Below, piece after piece: positions 9,623 to 17,946 of a DNA stretch of 64,000 nt. The notes under the pieces were generated by a model, which saw only the letters and a list, made by a program, of their open reading frames with translations, searched no databases and was not told where the DNA came from. The position numbers and the translations under genes were made by a program. The stretch is taken from contig CAVTGO010000008.1 of assembly GCA_963734275.1 (NCBI GenBank), positions 32,718 to 96,717 on the forward strand, in the 5' to 3' direction. Within the stretch, counting starts at the first letter, position 1, and each line of letters opens with the position of its first letter. The DNA comes from an uncultured Actinomycetes bacterium (lineage in GTDB: Bacteria > Actinomycetota > UBA4738 > HRBIN12).

Positions 9623-10807
9623 ATGCCCCACCGGTTCGCCGAGACCATGCACCGGATGATCGACGTCGAGCAACAGCTGATGTCGTTCTTCGTCGATGGC
9701 CCGTGGGCGAACCGCGACGCATCGGATCCCGAGAACTGCGACTTCGTGGCAGGCAACCCGCAGGAGATGGTGCTCCCCGAATACGTCGAGTCGCTCCAAC
9801 GGTGGACCGTGCCGCAGGACAAGGACTGGTACGCCTACAAGTTCAACGAGCCCTACGCTACCGAGGCCGCGGCGGCGGGTCTCCGCGAGCGGCGTGGGGT
9901 CCCCTTCGAGGCCGACGACGTCCTCATGACCGACGGCGCCTTCACGGGACTCAACCTGTGCATGCGCACGGTGACCGACCCCGGCGACGAGGTGATCTTC
10001 CTGTCCCCGCCCTGGTTCTTCTACGAGGCGATGATCATCGGCGCCGGCGCGGAACCGGTCCGGGTGCGCGTGGATCAGGAGAGCTGGGACCTGGACCTGC
10101 CCGGGATCGAGGCTGCGATCACGGAGCGGACCTCGTGCATCATCGTGAACTCGCCGAACAACCCGACCGGCAAGATCTATCCGCCCGAGACACTCCGCGC
10201 GCTCGGCGAGCTCCTCACGGCGGCTTCCGAGCGACACGGCCGCCCGATCTATCAGATCTCGGACGAGGCGTACTCGAGGATCGTGTACGACGACCGGTCG
10301 TTCCCGAGCCCGACCGGGTTCCATCCGTACTCGTTCCTGGTCTACACGTACGCGAAGCAGCTGCTCACGCCCGGCCAGCGCTGCGGCTACATCGCGCTGC
10401 CCCCGACGATGCCCGACCGGCGGGAGATGCGCGAAGCGCTGATGATCTCCCAGCTCACGCACGGCGGGCACGGGGCGCCGAGCAACGTCCTCCAGCGCGC
10501 CATCGGCGACCTCGAGGGGATGAACGTGGACGTGAAGGCGCTGCAGCGCCGGCGCGACCGCATGGTGGAGTCCCTTCGCTCCGCCGGCTACGACCTCCAC
10601 AGCCCCGAGGGCACGTTCTATCTGCTGCCCACGAGCCCGGACCCCGACGACGTCGCGTTCGTCGAGCGGCTGGCGCGCGACAAGGTCTTCGTCCTGCCGG
10701 GCGCCGTGGTCGAGATGCCCGGCCGGTTCCGCGTCTCGATCACGGGCAGCGACGAGATGGTCGAGCGGGCGCTCCCGGTGTTCGAGCGCGCCGCGACCGA
10801 GGCCTAA
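9623..10807 (+). CDS. PLP-dependent aminotransferase, class I/II
   Basis: 394 aa with SPNNPTG and a YAK...G.R.GY lysine region typical of the fold-type I aminotransferases. Confidence 0.85.
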   Translation: MPHRFAETMHRMIDVEQQLMSFFVDGPWANRDASDPENCDFVAGNPQEMVLPEYVESLQRWTVPQDKDWYAYKFNEPYATEAAAAGLRERRGVPFEADDVLMTDGAFTGLNLCMRTVTDPGDEVIFLSPPWFFYEAMIIGAGAEPVRVRVDQESWDLDLPGIEAAITERTSCIIVNSPNNPTGKIYPPETLRALGELLTAASERHGRPIYQISDEAYSRIVYDDRSFPSPTGFHPYSFLVYTYAKQLLTPGQRCGYIALPPTMPDRREMREALMISQLTHGGHGAPSNVLQRAIGDLEGMNVDVKALQRRRDRMVESLRSAGYDLHSPEGTFYLLPTSPDPDDVAFVERLARDKVFVLPGAVVEMPGRFRVSITGSDEMVERALPVFERAATEA

Positions 10808-10814
10808 GACACCC

Positions 10815-12080
10815 GTGCCCGTCGAGCTCGACGAGGGCGATCGCGCCCTGCTGGGCGGCGCCGAGGGCACGGCCGCCGCGCTCGCGATGCGGATCGTCGT
10901 TGAGACCGCGGATGTCGCGGGCGCCGACCGGCTGATCGACGTCGCGTCGGCCCACGTCGACTCCTGCCTGTACCACGGGCGCGCGGGTCTCGATTTCGCC
11001 GAGCGGCTCGCGGCCGGCGGGGCCCGCGTCCGGATCCCGACCACGCTGAACGTCGGCACGCTCGACCTCCTCCACCCGGGGCTCAACCGCTCCGACCCGG
11101 AGGTCAACGCCGGGGCTCGCCGTCAGATGGAGCTCTACGAGGCCATGGGTTGCCGGCCCACCTGGACGTGCGCGCCCTACCAGCTGCCCGAGCGCCCGGC
11201 GTTCGGCCAGCACGTCGCCTGGGCCGAGTCGAACGCGATCGTGTTCGCCAACTCGGTCCTCGGCGCGCGGACCGACCGGTACGGCGACTTCATCGACGTG
11301 TGCGCGGCGATCACCGGACGGGCGCCGTTCGCGGGCCTGCACCGCGACGAGGAACGCCTCGCCGGACTCGTCCTGCGACTGGAGGCCGTTCCGGCCCGCC
11401 TCCTCGAGGCAGACGCGCTCTACCCGGTCCTCGGTCACGTGGCGGGACGCGAGGCGGGCAGCACGGTCCCGGCGATCGTCGGCCTCCCGCCCGGCACGTC
11501 GGAGGACCGGCTGAAGGCGCTCGGCGCCGCCGCGGCATCCTCGGGATCGGTCGCCATGTACCACGCGGTGGGTGTCACGCCCGAGGCTCCGACGCTCGAG
11601 GCCGCTACGGGCGGCGCGTCCGTGCCCGCCGTGGTGATCACGCCGGCCCGGCTCCGCGCCGCGCGCGACGAGCTCACCACGGCGAGCGGCGACGAGCTCG
11701 GCGCCGTCAGCGTCGGCACGCCGCACGCCTCGCTCGCCGAGCTCGAGCACCTGGCCGACCTCCTCGGCCGGGCCCGCGTCCGCGACGGGGTCCGCTTCTA
11801 CGTGAACACCGGCCGCGACGTCCTCGCGGAGGCGGAGCGACGCGGGATCACGCGGAGGCTCGAGGACGCCGGCGTCCAGGTCGTGACCGACACCTGCACG
11901 TACCTCACGCCGATGCTCGGCCATGTGTCCGGCGCCGTGATGACGGACTCGGCGAAATGGGCCTGGTACGCGCCGGGCAACCTCGGCGTGGAGGTAGTGT
12001 TCGGCGGTCTCGAGGAGTGCGTGCTCTCGGCCATGGCGGGCCGGGTCGTCCGCGACGAGGGACTCTGGGCCGATGCCTGA
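10815..12080 (+). CDS. Aconitase X catalytic subunit (DUF521)
   Basis: 421 aa with similarity to the AcnX large subunit (SAHVDSCLYHG, WAESNAIVFANSVLGARTDRYG). It overlaps the small subunit gene by 8 nt. Confidence 0.8.
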   Translation: MPVELDEGDRALLGGAEGTAAALAMRIVVETADVAGADRLIDVASAHVDSCLYHGRAGLDFAERLAAGGARVRIPTTLNVGTLDLLHPGLNRSDPEVNAGARRQMELYEAMGCRPTWTCAPYQLPERPAFGQHVAWAESNAIVFANSVLGARTDRYGDFIDVCAAITGRAPFAGLHRDEERLAGLVLRLEAVPARLLEADALYPVLGHVAGREAGSTVPAIVGLPPGTSEDRLKALGAAAASSGSVAMYHAVGVTPEAPTLEAATGGASVPAVVITPARLRAARDELTTASGDELGAVSVGTPHASLAELEHLADLLGRARVRDGVRFYVNTGRDVLAEAERRGITRRLEDAGVQVVTDTCTYLTPMLGHVSGAVMTDSAKWAWYAPGNLGVEVVFGGLEECVLSAMAGRVVRDEGLWADA

Positions 12081-12477
12081 GGCGCGCACCCTCGTGCCCG
12101 GCGAGGCCGAGGGCGAGGCGCTCGTGCTCGCGGAGGCGCTCAGCTTCTGGGGCGGTCTGGACCCGGCCACCGGCGAGATCGTCGACGTGCACCATCCGCA
12201 ACGAGGTGTCGTCGTGACCGGGCGGGTCCTCGTGATGCCGAGCAGCCGCGGCTCGAGCTCCAGCTCCAGCGTGCTGGCCGAGGCGATCCGCGCCGGCACG
12301 GGCCCCGTCGCGATCGTGCTCGCCGAGCCCGACCCGATCGTCGCCCTCGGCGCGATCGTCGCCCGCGAGCTCTACGGCGTGGCGGTGCCGGTCGTGGTGG
12401 GCGACGTCGCGCTCCCCGATGGCGTCCGTCTGCGGGTCACGGCCGATGAACAGCGTTCGGTGATCGAGCCCGCCTGA
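12073..12477 (+). CDS. Aconitase X swivel-domain subunit (DUF126)
   Basis: 134 aa with SFWGG.DP.TG.I and [10 protein letters not shown] motifs typical of DUF126. Confidence 0.8.
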   Translation: MPEARTLVPGEAEGEALVLAEALSFWGGLDPATGEIVDVHHPQRGVVVTGRVLVMPSSRGSSSSSSVLAEAIRAGTGPVAIVLAEPDPIVALGAIVARELYGVAVPVVVGDVALPDGVRLRVTADEQRSVIEPA

Positions 12478-12587
12478 CGCGCCTGACTGGGCGCCAGGAT
12501 CGAAGCTATCGTCTCTCGGCGCGGAGCTGTCGATTCCGTCGCTCCCCGTTTGTCTTATTGGCGACCCCGTCGAAGGAGGAGGAGACG

Positions 12588-12947
12588 ATGAAGTACATGC
12601 TGCTGATCCATCAGGGCGACGCCCCGACTCCACGGTCGCCCGACGCGTGGGCGAGCCTTTCGGAGGACGAGCAGAAGGCCGTCTACGCCGACTACCAGGC
12701 GATCAACGAGACCCCCGGCGTCAGCCCCGGCCTCCGGCTGGACGCCCCCGAGACGGCAACCACCGTGCGGGTGCAGGACGGCAAGACGCTGACCACCGAC
12801 GGCCCGTTCGTCGAGATCAAGGAGGCGATCGGCGGCTACCTCCTGTTCGAGGCCGACGACCTCGACACCGCGATCGAGCTGGCCGCGCGGATCCCGGCGT
12901 CGCGCCTGGGCGGCGCGGTCGAGGTGCGTCCGATCGTGGAGTGGTAG
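12588..12947 (+). CDS. YCII-related (DGPF-type) domain protein
   Basis: MKYMLLIH...TDGPF.E.KE.IGGY. The ATG at 12588 directly follows AAGGAGGAGGAG. The track start at 12558 is probably too far upstream. Confidence 0.8.
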   Translation: MKYMLLIHQGDAPTPRSPDAWASLSEDEQKAVYADYQAINETPGVSPGLRLDAPETATTVRVQDGKTLTTDGPFVEIKEAIGGYLLFEADDLDTAIELAARIPASRLGGAVEVRPIVEW

Positions 12948-14134
12948 CGACGCTCGAGCAGGTCTTCCGCGAACAGTGGGGACGTGTCCTCGCCGCGCTG
13001 ATCGGCTTCCTCGGCGACTTCGACCTCGCCGAGGAAGCCGCGCAGGAGGCCTTCGCGATCGCCGCGGAGCGCTGGCCGCGCGACGGAGCTCCCGCCAACC
13101 CGGGTGCCTGGCTGCTGACGACGGCGCGCAACCGAGCCATCAACCGCATCCGCCGTGATCGCACGCTGGTCGCGAAGACCCGCTTGCTCCAGGTGACCGC
13201 GACGGCGGAGGACCGGATGGACGAGACGACATTTCCGGACGAGCGGCTCGAGCTCATCTTCACCTGCTGCCATCCGGCACTCGCCACCGACGCGCAGGTC
13301 GCGCTCACCCTGCGGACGCTCGGCGGCCTGACCACCGGCGAGATCGCTCGCGCGTTCCTGGTCCCCGAGCCGACGATGGCGCAAAGGCTGGTGCGAGCGA
13401 AGCGCAAGATCAAGGCCGCCGGGATCCCGTTCCGGGTGCCTCCCGACCACCTGCTACCCGACCGGCTCGCCGCCGCGCTCGCCGTCGTCTACCTGATCTT
13501 CAACGAGGGCTACGGCGGCCGCGGCGAGCTTGCGGCCGAGGCGCTCCTGCTCGGGCGGGCGCTCGCCGAGCTGATGCCCGACGAGCCGGAGGTGCACGGA
13601 CTGTTGGCGATGATGCTGCTGCACGACGCCCGCCGCGAGGCGCGGTTCCGGGGCGACGACCTCGTCGTGCTCGCCGACCAGGACCCCTCGCTCTGGGACA
13701 CGGCGCAGATCGCCGACGGGAGGGCGGCGCTCGACCGGGCCCTCGCTCTGCATGGCCGCGGTCCCTACGTCGTGCAGGCGGCGATCGCATCGCTGCATGC
13801 CGACGAGTCGCGCGACTGGCCCCAGATCGCCGCCCTCTACGGCGAGCTGTCCCGTTTGACCGATTCGCCGGTCGTCGAGCTGAGCAGGGCCATCGCGGTC
13901 GCCGAGGCGCGGGGTCCCGAGGCGGGGCTCGACATCGTCGATCGCCTCGCCCTCGATGACTACCGCTACCTGCACTCGACGCGGGGCGAACTGCTGCGCC
14001 GGCTCGGTCGCATCGCGGAGGCCCGCGATGCCTACCGCCGGGCGCTGGCGTTGGTCCACGGCGACGCCGAGCGCCGATTGGTCCAGCAGCGACTGGCGGA
14101 GCTCGACAAGGCGACCGACCCCGCCGGGCGATGA
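12941..14134 (+). CDS. ECF-type RNA polymerase sigma factor with long C-terminal extension
   Basis: The in-frame GTG at 12941 overlaps the YCII stop. Sigma region 2 ([29 protein letters not shown]), region 4 ([31 protein letters not shown]) and a roughly 200-aa helical tail are present. YCII plus this sigma type is a known pairing. Confidence 0.8.
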   Translation: MVATLEQVFREQWGRVLAALIGFLGDFDLAEEAAQEAFAIAAERWPRDGAPANPGAWLLTTARNRAINRIRRDRTLVAKTRLLQVTATAEDRMDETTFPDERLELIFTCCHPALATDAQVALTLRTLGGLTTGEIARAFLVPEPTMAQRLVRAKRKIKAAGIPFRVPPDHLLPDRLAAALAVVYLIFNEGYGGRGELAAEALLLGRALAELMPDEPEVHGLLAMMLLHDARREARFRGDDLVVLADQDPSLWDTAQIADGRAALDRALALHGRGPYVVQAAIASLHADESRDWPQIAALYGELSRLTDSPVVELSRAIAVAEARGPEAGLDIVDRLALDDYRYLHSTRGELLRRLGRIAEARDAYRRALALVHGDAERRLVQQRLAELDKATDPAGR

Positions 14135-14227
14135 CGGCTCGATGGTGGAGGTGGCGGGGACGATATTCGAACCGCCCGGATCTGGCGCAACTCGGGTCGA
14201 TCTGGGGGGGATCGATGACTCGGACCG

Positions 14228-14674
14228 CTACCTGGTCACCTTCCACGCGTCCGGTCCCTCGTCGACGACGGTCCGGCCATGACGCTCGGTGAGGGCCCGC
14301 CGGAGGAGCGGGTTCCACGCTTCGAAACCGTTCGCGAATCGCGACTCCCCCGCCACGGTCTCGATAACCAGGATGTCCCTCACGGTCAACTTCTTCACGT
14401 GCGAGACTCGGGTGATATCCGTAAGCGGGAAATCGACCATCGGGGGGCGTTCCTTGCGACGCCTCTCCAGCTGTTCGGCCAGCGCTCCGGCAAGCAACCC
14501 GCCGACCGCACGAGCCTGAGTCGGATCGAATCGCTGATCCATGAACAGCACCCGGTCGTTGGTGAGGTGCGCGTGGCCGCGCTTGTTCTTGAGCGGACCA
14601 CCGGATATGAGCACCGTGGCCTGGTCATGTAGGAGATCTTCCGGAGTTCCCGACTGGAAGGCTTGCTCGTCCAT
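14228..14674 (-). CDS. Hypothetical protein (possibly a PH/GRAM-like fold)
   Basis: ORF with good GC3 codon bias. The ATG at 14674 (MDEQAF...) is preferred over the track start. I recognise no family. Confidence 0.45.
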   Translation of the reverse strand: MDEQAFQSGTPEDLLHDQATVLISGGPLKNKRGHAHLTNDRVLFMDQRFDPTQARAVGGLLAGALAEQLERRRKERPPMVDFPLTDITRVSHVKKLTVRDILVIETVAGESRFANGFEAWNPLLRRALTERHGRTVVDEGPDAWKVTR

Positions 14675-14779
14675 GTCGACAGATGGTACTCGCCAGGAAG
14701 GCGTCGAGCCTCGCACATCGGACCTTCATCGCGCTGATCGCTGACTCGGTCAAGTCGGCGCTCAGTCGCGCGAGAGATG

Positions 14780-15129
14780 TGGAGGTGGGGGGATTCGAAC
14801 CCCCGTCCCAGGACGACCGACCAGGGCTTCTCCGGGCGCAGCCGGTGGGTAGATCTCGCCTCGAGGCTCCCACCGGCGGAGGACCTCTCGGCCAGCCCGG
14901 GTGCGATGTCCGGCGGCGGCCCCCGGACGGAACCGCCTCCGTAAGCCTGCTCACGACGCCCGACCCCGGGGAGCAGGCACCCCCGGGCGGACGGCTACCT
15001 AGCTAACTAGGCAGCGAGCGCGTATTCAGTATCGGCGCTTGTGTTGTCCCGGCTTTTAACGAGGCATCCGGGGACCTCGGCCCGCTTCCCCTGGACGGGA
15101 TCCGCCCAGGTCGAAGCCAGTACACCCCC
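14780..15129 (-). ncRNA. ssrA: tmRNA (transfer-messenger RNA)
   Basis: The 5' end GGGGGUGUACUGGCUUCGAC pairs with the 3' end CACCUCC-A, including a G3:U pair, and a GGUUCGAAUCCCCCC T-arm is present. The tag ORF at 15048-15007 reads GAC AAC ACA AGC GCC GAU ACU GAA UAC GCG CUC GCU GCC UAG, giving (A)DNTSADTEYALAA*. smpB lies 0.7 kb away. The 3' CCA is not fully encoded. Confidence 0.9.
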
Positions 15130-15170
15130 ATATGCAGTTGTCCGACCAGTATACGGTCGGGCCCGACCGG

Positions 15171-15740
15171 CTAGATCCCGGTCGTCGCGGCGACGTCCTC
15201 ACAAGCCGGCTCGCCCTGGACCGCCTCGGACAGCTCGGGGGTCTCGAGCTCCGAGAGCGAGTCGCCGATGCCGCCGAGCGAGGACTGGATCGCGACGCCG
15301 ATCTCGTTCAACTCGGTCGCGAACGCCTGCGGGTCATCGGTCGAGAGCGCCTCGACCTGCGTCTGGGCGTCTTCCAGGACGGTCTTGGCGTCCTGGAACG
15401 ACCCGTTGACGGCGGCCACGAGGGCCTCGGCGTCGTCCACGTCGGGGACGCCGGCGGCGTCAACGTCGGCGATCAGCGTGTCCGTCGCCCCGATCACCTG
15501 GCCGAGGTAGTCGACGACCGAGGCCTTCTGGTCCTCCAGCGGGGCCGCCGGATCGAGGCCGGTCGTGAAGTCCGTGGTGAGCGTCTGCACGCTCGTGAGG
15601 TACGTCTGGAGGCCGCCGCACAGGCCCTGCGCGTAGGCCTCGGGCGAGACGGAGTCCCCGCCGCCCCCATCGCTCGAGCACGCGACGAGCGCGAAGACGG
15701 ACGCGACGAGCGCGGCGAGCAGCTTCGAGCGGGTCTTCAC
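15171..15740 (-). CDS. Putative secreted lipoprotein
   Basis: 189 aa with a signal peptide and lipobox (LLAALVASVFALVAC|SS). The mature part is acidic and helical. Confidence 0.65.
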   Translation of the reverse strand: MKTRSKLLAALVASVFALVACSSDGGGGDSVSPEAYAQGLCGGLQTYLTSVQTLTTDFTTGLDPAAPLEDQKASVVDYLGQVIGATDTLIADVDAAGVPDVDDAEALVAAVNGSFQDAKTVLEDAQTQVEALSTDDPQAFATELNEIGVAIQSSLGGIGDSLSELETPELSEAVQGEPACEDVAATTGI

Positions 15741-15794
15741 GATCGGCTACCTCCCCTTCGGCCGGGCTCGGCCGTCGCGCAAGGATACCGTCCC

Positions 15795-16271
15795 CTAGCG
15801 CCGCCTCCCGGCAGCCCGGCGCATCTCGCGTTCGTGCTCACGCTCGGCGATCGCCTGGCGCTTCTCGAACTGCCGCTTGCCTCGCGCGAGCGCCAGCTCC
15901 ATCTTCGCGAGTCCGTGCGAGAAGTAGACGCGGAGGGGCACGAGCGCCAGCCCCTTCTCGGCCGTCTGGCCGACCAGACGCTCGATCTCCCGGCGGTGGA
16001 GCAACAGCTTGCGGGGCCTGACGGGGTCCAGCCGCGACGCACCCATCGCCTGCTCGTACGGCGGGATGTGGAACCCCTCGATCCACACCTCGCCGTCGCG
16101 GATCCGCGCGAACGCCTCCGACAGGGAGCCGTGCCCTCCGCGCAGCGATTTCACCTCGGCCCCGTTCAGCACGAGCCCGGCTTCGAACCGCTCCAGGATC
16201 TCGTAGTCGTGGCGGGCCTTGCGGTTGGAGGCGACGGTCTTCTGGCCCTCGGGGTCGGACTTCGGGCTCAT
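15795..16271 (-). CDS. smpB: SsrA-binding protein SmpB
   Basis: 158 aa containing NRKARHDYEILE..EAGLVL.G.EVKSLR, the canonical SmpB signature. Confidence 0.95.
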   Translation of the reverse strand: MSPKSDPEGQKTVASNRKARHDYEILERFEAGLVLNGAEVKSLRGGHGSLSEAFARIRDGEVWIEGFHIPPYEQAMGASRLDPVRPRKLLLHRREIERLVGQTAEKGLALVPLRVYFSHGLAKMELALARGKRQFEKRQAIAEREHEREMRRAAGRRR

Positions 16272-16275
16272 GGCC

Positions 16276-17172
16276 CTACACGTCGAGGAAGCGGCGCATC
16301 CCGACGAGCCCCGCGAGCAGCGACACGGCGGCGGCCGCCACGATGAGCCACGGGATCAAGGCGACCACGTCGGCGTTGGTCACCCACGGCACGAACGTCA
16401 CGGTCCCGTACAGCGGGTTGATGAAGGCCACCTTCATCCCGAACAGGAACAAGATGGCGGCGGCCGCGCCGATCAGGCTCTCGAACAAGCCCTCGACCAG
16501 GAATGGGATCCGGATGCGCCAGTTCGTGGCCCCCACGAGTTTCATGATGCCGATCTCCTTGCGCCGCGCGAACAGCCCCATCCGCACGGTGTTCGCGATC
16601 AAGATCGCGGCCGAGATCAGCATCACGAACGAGACCAGCAGCACGCCGACGCGGAACACGCGCGTCACCGAGAACAGCCGGTCCAGGAACTGGCTCTGAT
16701 CGACGATCCGGTCGACCCCGGGGGCGGCGCATCTGCCCTGCCGGTCGCACCCGAGCACGGCCGCGACCTGCGCGTACTGCTCGGGGTCGCTGAGCTTGAC
16801 GCGGAGAGACGCCGGCAGCGCGTCGCAGTCCACGTTGTCCACCAGGGCCTCCTGGCCGGCGAAGAGCTCCCCGAACCGCTCGCAGGCCTCCTCCTTGCTC
16901 TCGAAGTCCACGCTTTCGACGACGGGGATCTCCGTGAGCGTGGTCGTCAGCGAGGCCACGGTGTCGGGGTTCACCGGGTCCGAGAGGTAGACGGCCACCT
17001 CGACGTTGCCGGTGGTGGCCTCGATCAACAGGTTCACCTGACGGCTGATCAGGAGCGCCAGGCCGAACAGGAGCAGGGCGATGAAGGTGGTGGAGATCGC
17101 GGCGAACGCCACGAGGCCGTTCCGCCGCAGCCCCGAGGTGGTCTCACGGAACAGGTACTCGAACCGCGCCAC
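16276..17172 (-). CDS. ftsX: Cell-division ABC transporter permease FtsX
   Basis: The GTG at 17172 overlaps the ftsE stop by 1 nt. The protein begins [19 protein letters not shown], has four TM segments and the FtsX extracellular domain. Confidence 0.9.
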   Translation of the reverse strand: MARFEYLFRETTSGLRRNGLVAFAAISTTFIALLLFGLALLISRQVNLLIEATTGNVEVAVYLSDPVNPDTVASLTTTLTEIPVVESVDFESKEEACERFGELFAGQEALVDNVDCDALPASLRVKLSDPEQYAQVAAVLGCDRQGRCAAPGVDRIVDQSQFLDRLFSVTRVFRVGVLLVSFVMLISAAILIANTVRMGLFARRKEIGIMKLVGATNWRIRIPFLVEGLFESLIGAAAAILFLFGMKVAFINPLYGTVTFVPWVTNADVVALIPWLIVAAAAVSLLAGLVGMRRFLDV

Positions 17173-17849
17173 TAGCTGTAGACCCCGCGGGCCTGGTCGC
17201 GGATGACCCTGCCCTTGTCCAGCTCGATCACCCGGCGGCGCATCGCGTCCACGATGGCCTGGTCGTGCGTGGCCATGACCACGGTCGTCCCGATCCGGTT
17301 GACCTTGTCGAGCAGCCGCATGATCTCGACCGAGGTGCTGGGGTCCAGGTTCCCGGTGGGCTCGTCGGCCAGCAGGACAAGCGGGCGGTTCACACACGCA
17401 CGGGCGATGGACACGCGCTGTTGCTCGCCACCCGAGAGCTCGTCGGGGTAGTTGTTCAGCTTGTCGCCCAGGCCGACGAGGTCGAGGATCTCGGGCACCC
17501 GTTGGTCGATGACGTGCTTGGGCTTGCCGATCACCTCGAGCGCGAACGCCACGTTCTCGAACACCGTCTTGTCCGTGAGCAGCTTGAAGTCCTGGAACAC
17601 GGTGCCGATGTTCCGGCGCAGGTGCGGGGTCTTCCAGGCGGTGAGCTTCGCGAGGTTCTTGCCCGCGACGTAGATGTCGCCCTTCGTCGCGTCCTCTTCC
17701 TTGAGCAGGAGCCGGATGAACGTGCTCTTGCCCGAACCGGACTGGCCGACGATGAAGACGAACTCACCCTTCTCGACCTCGACCGTCACGTCCTCGAGCG
17801 CGGTCGTGCCGTTGCGGTAGACCATCGTGACGTGCTGAAGACTGATCAT
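17172..17849 (-). CDS. ftsE: Cell-division ATP-binding protein FtsE
   Basis: 225 aa with Walker [10 protein letters not shown], signature LSGGEQQR and Walker [12 protein letters not shown]. Confidence 0.95.
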   Translation of the reverse strand: MISLQHVTMVYRNGTTALEDVTVEVEKGEFVFIVGQSGSGKSTFIRLLLKEEDATKGDIYVAGKNLAKLTAWKTPHLRRNIGTVFQDFKLLTDKTVFENVAFALEVIGKPKHVIDQRVPEILDLVGLGDKLNNYPDELSGGEQQRVSIARACVNRPLVLLADEPTGNLDPSTSVEIMRLLDKVNRIGTTVVMATHDQAIVDAMRRRVIELDKGRVIRDQARGVYS

Positions 17850-17946
17850 GCTCAGGGATCCCGAGGGAAGGAGGGGTGAACCGCGCGGAGTCTAGCAGAC
17901 GCCCTACGGCAACGGAACGAAGGCCGCACGGGTAGCCTCTGGCCCG

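Noticed and set aside
14134-14780. A genomic island integrated at the tmRNA 3' end.
   Set aside because: No direct repeat of the tmRNA 3' terminus, no integrase, and no GC shift in the adjacent region.
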